Below, piece after piece: positions 61,278 through 64,000 of a DNA stretch of 64,000 bases. Numbering within the stretch: position 1 is the stretch's first letter; the number at the start of each line of letters is the position of its first letter. Both the position numbers and the translations under genes were made by a program. The notes beneath the pieces are model-generated. The model worked only from the letters and a program-made list of their open reading frames with translations. It searched no databases and had not been told where the DNA came from. Source of the DNA: Phyllobates terribilis (taxonomy: Eukaryota); contig NW_027362764.1 in the NCBI RefSeq assembly GCF_046119375.1, positions 428,668,001-428,732,000 on the forward strand, written 5' to 3'.

Positions 61278-61660
61278 CATTGCAAGTTCCTCCATCCTAA
61301 TTTTTGGCAGCTTTTGCTGGGAAAGCATAAGCAAATACCATGGGACACCTACTCCCCAATAATGGGACTTATGTTTGTAATATGCTGTACTGCATGGCTC
61401 TTGTAAGGGGCATTGCAAGTTGCTCCATCTTAATTTTTGGCAGCTTTTGCTGGGAAAGCATAAGCAAATACTATGGGAGACCCACTCCCCTATAATGGGA
61501 CTTATGTTTGTAATATGCTGCACTGCATGGCTCTTGTAAGGGGCATTGCAAGTTGCTCCGTCCTAATTTTGGGCAGCTTTTGCTTGCATGGCATAAGCAA
61601 ATACTATGGGAGACCCACTCCCCAATAATGGGACTTATGTTTGTAATATGCTGTACTGCA
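61278..61660. repeat. 133-bp tandem repeat x~3
   Basis: CATTGCAAGTT at 61278, 61411 and 61544. Confidence 0.9.
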
Positions 61661-62068
61661 TGTGACGCGCCCCCTGGGCCATGTGTACACGTGTGTGGGA
61701 TACCCGGTGCCGGGTCTCTGGGGTCTGTAGTCTCTGTGGCGGTTTCCCGGTCCCATGGCTCAGGCTGGTCAAACCAGTGGCAGTCTTTCTTAGGTTTTGA
61801 GGTTAATTGTCCGACTGCGCCACCCGTGGATTGTGGTTAGGGAGTACCACTGCTGCGAGGCAGACCGCTGAGGCTGGTGTTGTGTGCGCAGCATAGAATG
61901 GGATAACTCCCCTCGGGAGGAGTATAGCCTCAGGGCAGTGAGTGTGGATGATGGAGGTGATGGTGCACGAGCGCAGCAGGAATGACTCAGAGTCTTTGCA
62001 GTGCAGTTCAGGGTCTTTACTGATGATTATAAGGTAGACCCTCCCGGGAGTGCTGGCTAGCATAAGAG
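61661..62068. mobile_element. Gypsy-type LTR fragment interrupted by a second hAT
   Basis: Starts TGTGACGCGCCCCCTGG, similar in style to the LTR end at 38109; the other end was not seen. Confidence 0.45.
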
Positions 62069-64000
62069 TAGAGATGAGCGGTGTTCGACTAGAACTGTTC
62101 GCCAATCTCAAATTCGAGCTGTTTTGGGCGGTGTTCGAGTTGTTCGACGAACCCGAACGAATTGCAAAAAATTCGGCTGTTCGAGGTTATGTTCGATAAC
62201 TGTTCGTGCACCAAAAGCGTGTCCTGCATGTCTGGTGCTATTTAGAGCACCAATCATGCAGGGATTGTCTGCCACTCACTGTAATGCCACAGCCATGGTG
62301 GTTGTGGCATTACAGTGATTGCCCAAATCGATGGGAACAGTGCCAACAGTGAAACATGAAAAGCCGGCAATTCAGCAGCGGCATACACCGGTACCCGACA
62401 AATTAGAACCGAAAGAATAGAGCTTCACACATAGATTAGATAGATATTAACATGTCAGCCACATATATACGAAGTACAGTGACAGTATTGCTTACTGTAC
62501 TTGTCATTTAGCGTAAAGGATTTATCAAAAAAAATAATAGTGTTTTCATGCACCGTCTCTTTAAAAAAGCCGGCCGGCAATTCAGCAGTGGAGATGAGCG
62601 TTGTTCTACTCGAACTGTTCGCCAATCTCAAATTCGAGCTGTTTTGGGCGGTGTTCGAGCCGGTCGGCGAACACGAACAATTTGAGAAAAATTCGGCTGT
62701 TCGAGGTTATGTTCGATAACTGTTCGTGCACCAAAATCATAACTGGATTTTTTCTCAGTAATGATGAAAATTAATGTTAATACGCAGTTTGAGTGTACAG
62801 CGGGGCGGGGGGAGGCGCAGGGGATGGATCTCTGCAGGAACAATGAAGATCTCCATTTTTTTTTCTCTTTCCCGCATTTGCAGTGGGGAGGTGCAATCTG
62901 TCAGCCTATCAGCAGCGCACACACGGAGCGAAGTGCTTTTTTCACACAAGCAAGGGCATGTGTGATTGGCAGTGTATGTCACATGTCCTTGCCCTATAAG
63001 ACCAAGCCATTTTCCCCGTCGCCACCATTTTCTCACTGCTGCAGCTGCGTGTTAGACGGCACCGCTGTTGCTGTGTGCGCTATACCTTGTTAATTTCAAG
63101 CCAATTTTCGCACAAATATACAGATAGCTTGGGAGTAGGGAATAGTTGTGATTGCAGTCCTTTTAAGGACTAGGTTACAGCATTTCCTACGACTTTTATC
63201 AGGCAGGTCTGTGCTCTTAAATAGATAGATTGTGGGAGTAAAGACTAATTGTAATTGGAGTCCTTTTCAGGACTAGGTTACATCAGTTCCTATCAGTTTT
63301 TGCCAGGCAGGTCTGTGCCAGTGCTGTGCAAGTTTTTTTCACAGCATTTGGCTGAATCTAGCAAAGCTAATCCTTTTTGGCCTATTGCAGAGTGTGTTAG
63401 TCAGTGGAGTAGCCTATCTGTGTTGCAAGATATACCACCTGTGTATAGAATACCAATTTTTTTACTGCACCTAGTGAAGTAAAATCTTTTGGGCATAGCA
63501 TCATTCTATTAGTCCATCTATACTGACCTCCATCAGGTTGCAAACTGAATATAATTTTTTTCTGCATCTAGCTCTGAAAAAATATTTGGGCTTCTAGCAG
63601 TGTGTGGGACTTGGTCTATTAGTCCATCTATACTGACCTCCATCAGGTTGCAAATTAAAAATAATTTTTTTCTTCATTTAGCTCTGAAAAAATATTTGGG
63701 CTTCTAGCAGTGTGTGGGACTTGTTCTATTAGTCCTTCTATACTGACCTCCAGCAGGTTGCAAATTGAATATAATTTTTTTCTGCATCTAGCTCTGAAAA
63801 AATATTTGGGCTTCTAGCGGTGTGTGGGACTTGGTCTATTAGTCCATCTATACTGACCTCCATCAGGTTGCAAATTAAAAATAATTTTTTTCTGCATCTA
63901 GCTCTGAAAAAATATTTGGGCTTCTAGCAGTGTGTGGGACTTGGTCTATTAGTCCATCTATACTGACCTCCATCAGGTTGCAAATTAAAAATAATTTTTT
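62069..64000 (+). mobile_element. Left part of a second hAT family element (duplicated left end at ~62590)
   Basis: TAGAGATGAGCG end with dense TTCG/CGAA motifs; 62069-62215 is repeated at 62590-62735. Confidence 0.7.
63505..64000. repeat. 110-bp tandem repeat x~4.5
   Basis: AGTCC(A/T)TCTA at 63511, 63621, 63731, 63841 and 63951. Confidence 0.92.

Larger units (their letters stand above)
56182..61660 (+). mobile_element. hAT (Ac/ZBED-type) transposon; right end not found in window
   Basis: Left end TAGTGTTGAGCG with CTCG/CGAG-rich subterminal motifs; transposase gene; ~298-bp x3 and 133-bp x3 internal tandem repeats. Confidence 0.85.

Noticed and set aside
56182-64000. Defining a complete hAT with TSD
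   Set aside because: No right TIR (CGCTCAACACTA or CGCTCATCTCTA) is present in the window, so boundaries and the 8-bp TSD cannot be confirmed.

Overview
TE-dominated eukaryotic DNA, most likely anuran (inferred from the repeat families; not verifiable here). No host protein-coding gene could be supported. There is one 153-N gap and a repeat-poor island at ~17.2-18.3 kb with splice signals. Tc1/mariner elements of DD34E, DD35E and DD38E spacing are present, plus a TRT-like (DD37E family) remnant; the DD35E and DD38E copies have open transposase ORFs. Other DNA transposons are a Chapaev3-like and a BED-finger hAT transposase pseudogene and several TTAA-flanked MITEs. A defective chromodomain-bearing sushi/Tf1-group Gypsy element (45148-51573, minus) is nested in a Tc1. 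The most unusual structure is a three-level nest at 23149-33558: a Tc1 contains a solo LTR, which contains a near-identical LTR-internal-LTR-internal-LTR array of a pol-less sushi-type element. That element's 545-aa ORF fuses only the Gag N-terminal domain to a 57-aa acidic tandem repeat. It and the pol-carrying element have different but each perfectly self-complementary (tRNA-independent) primer sites. All identifications are by eye and motif recall; no alignments or database searches were run.
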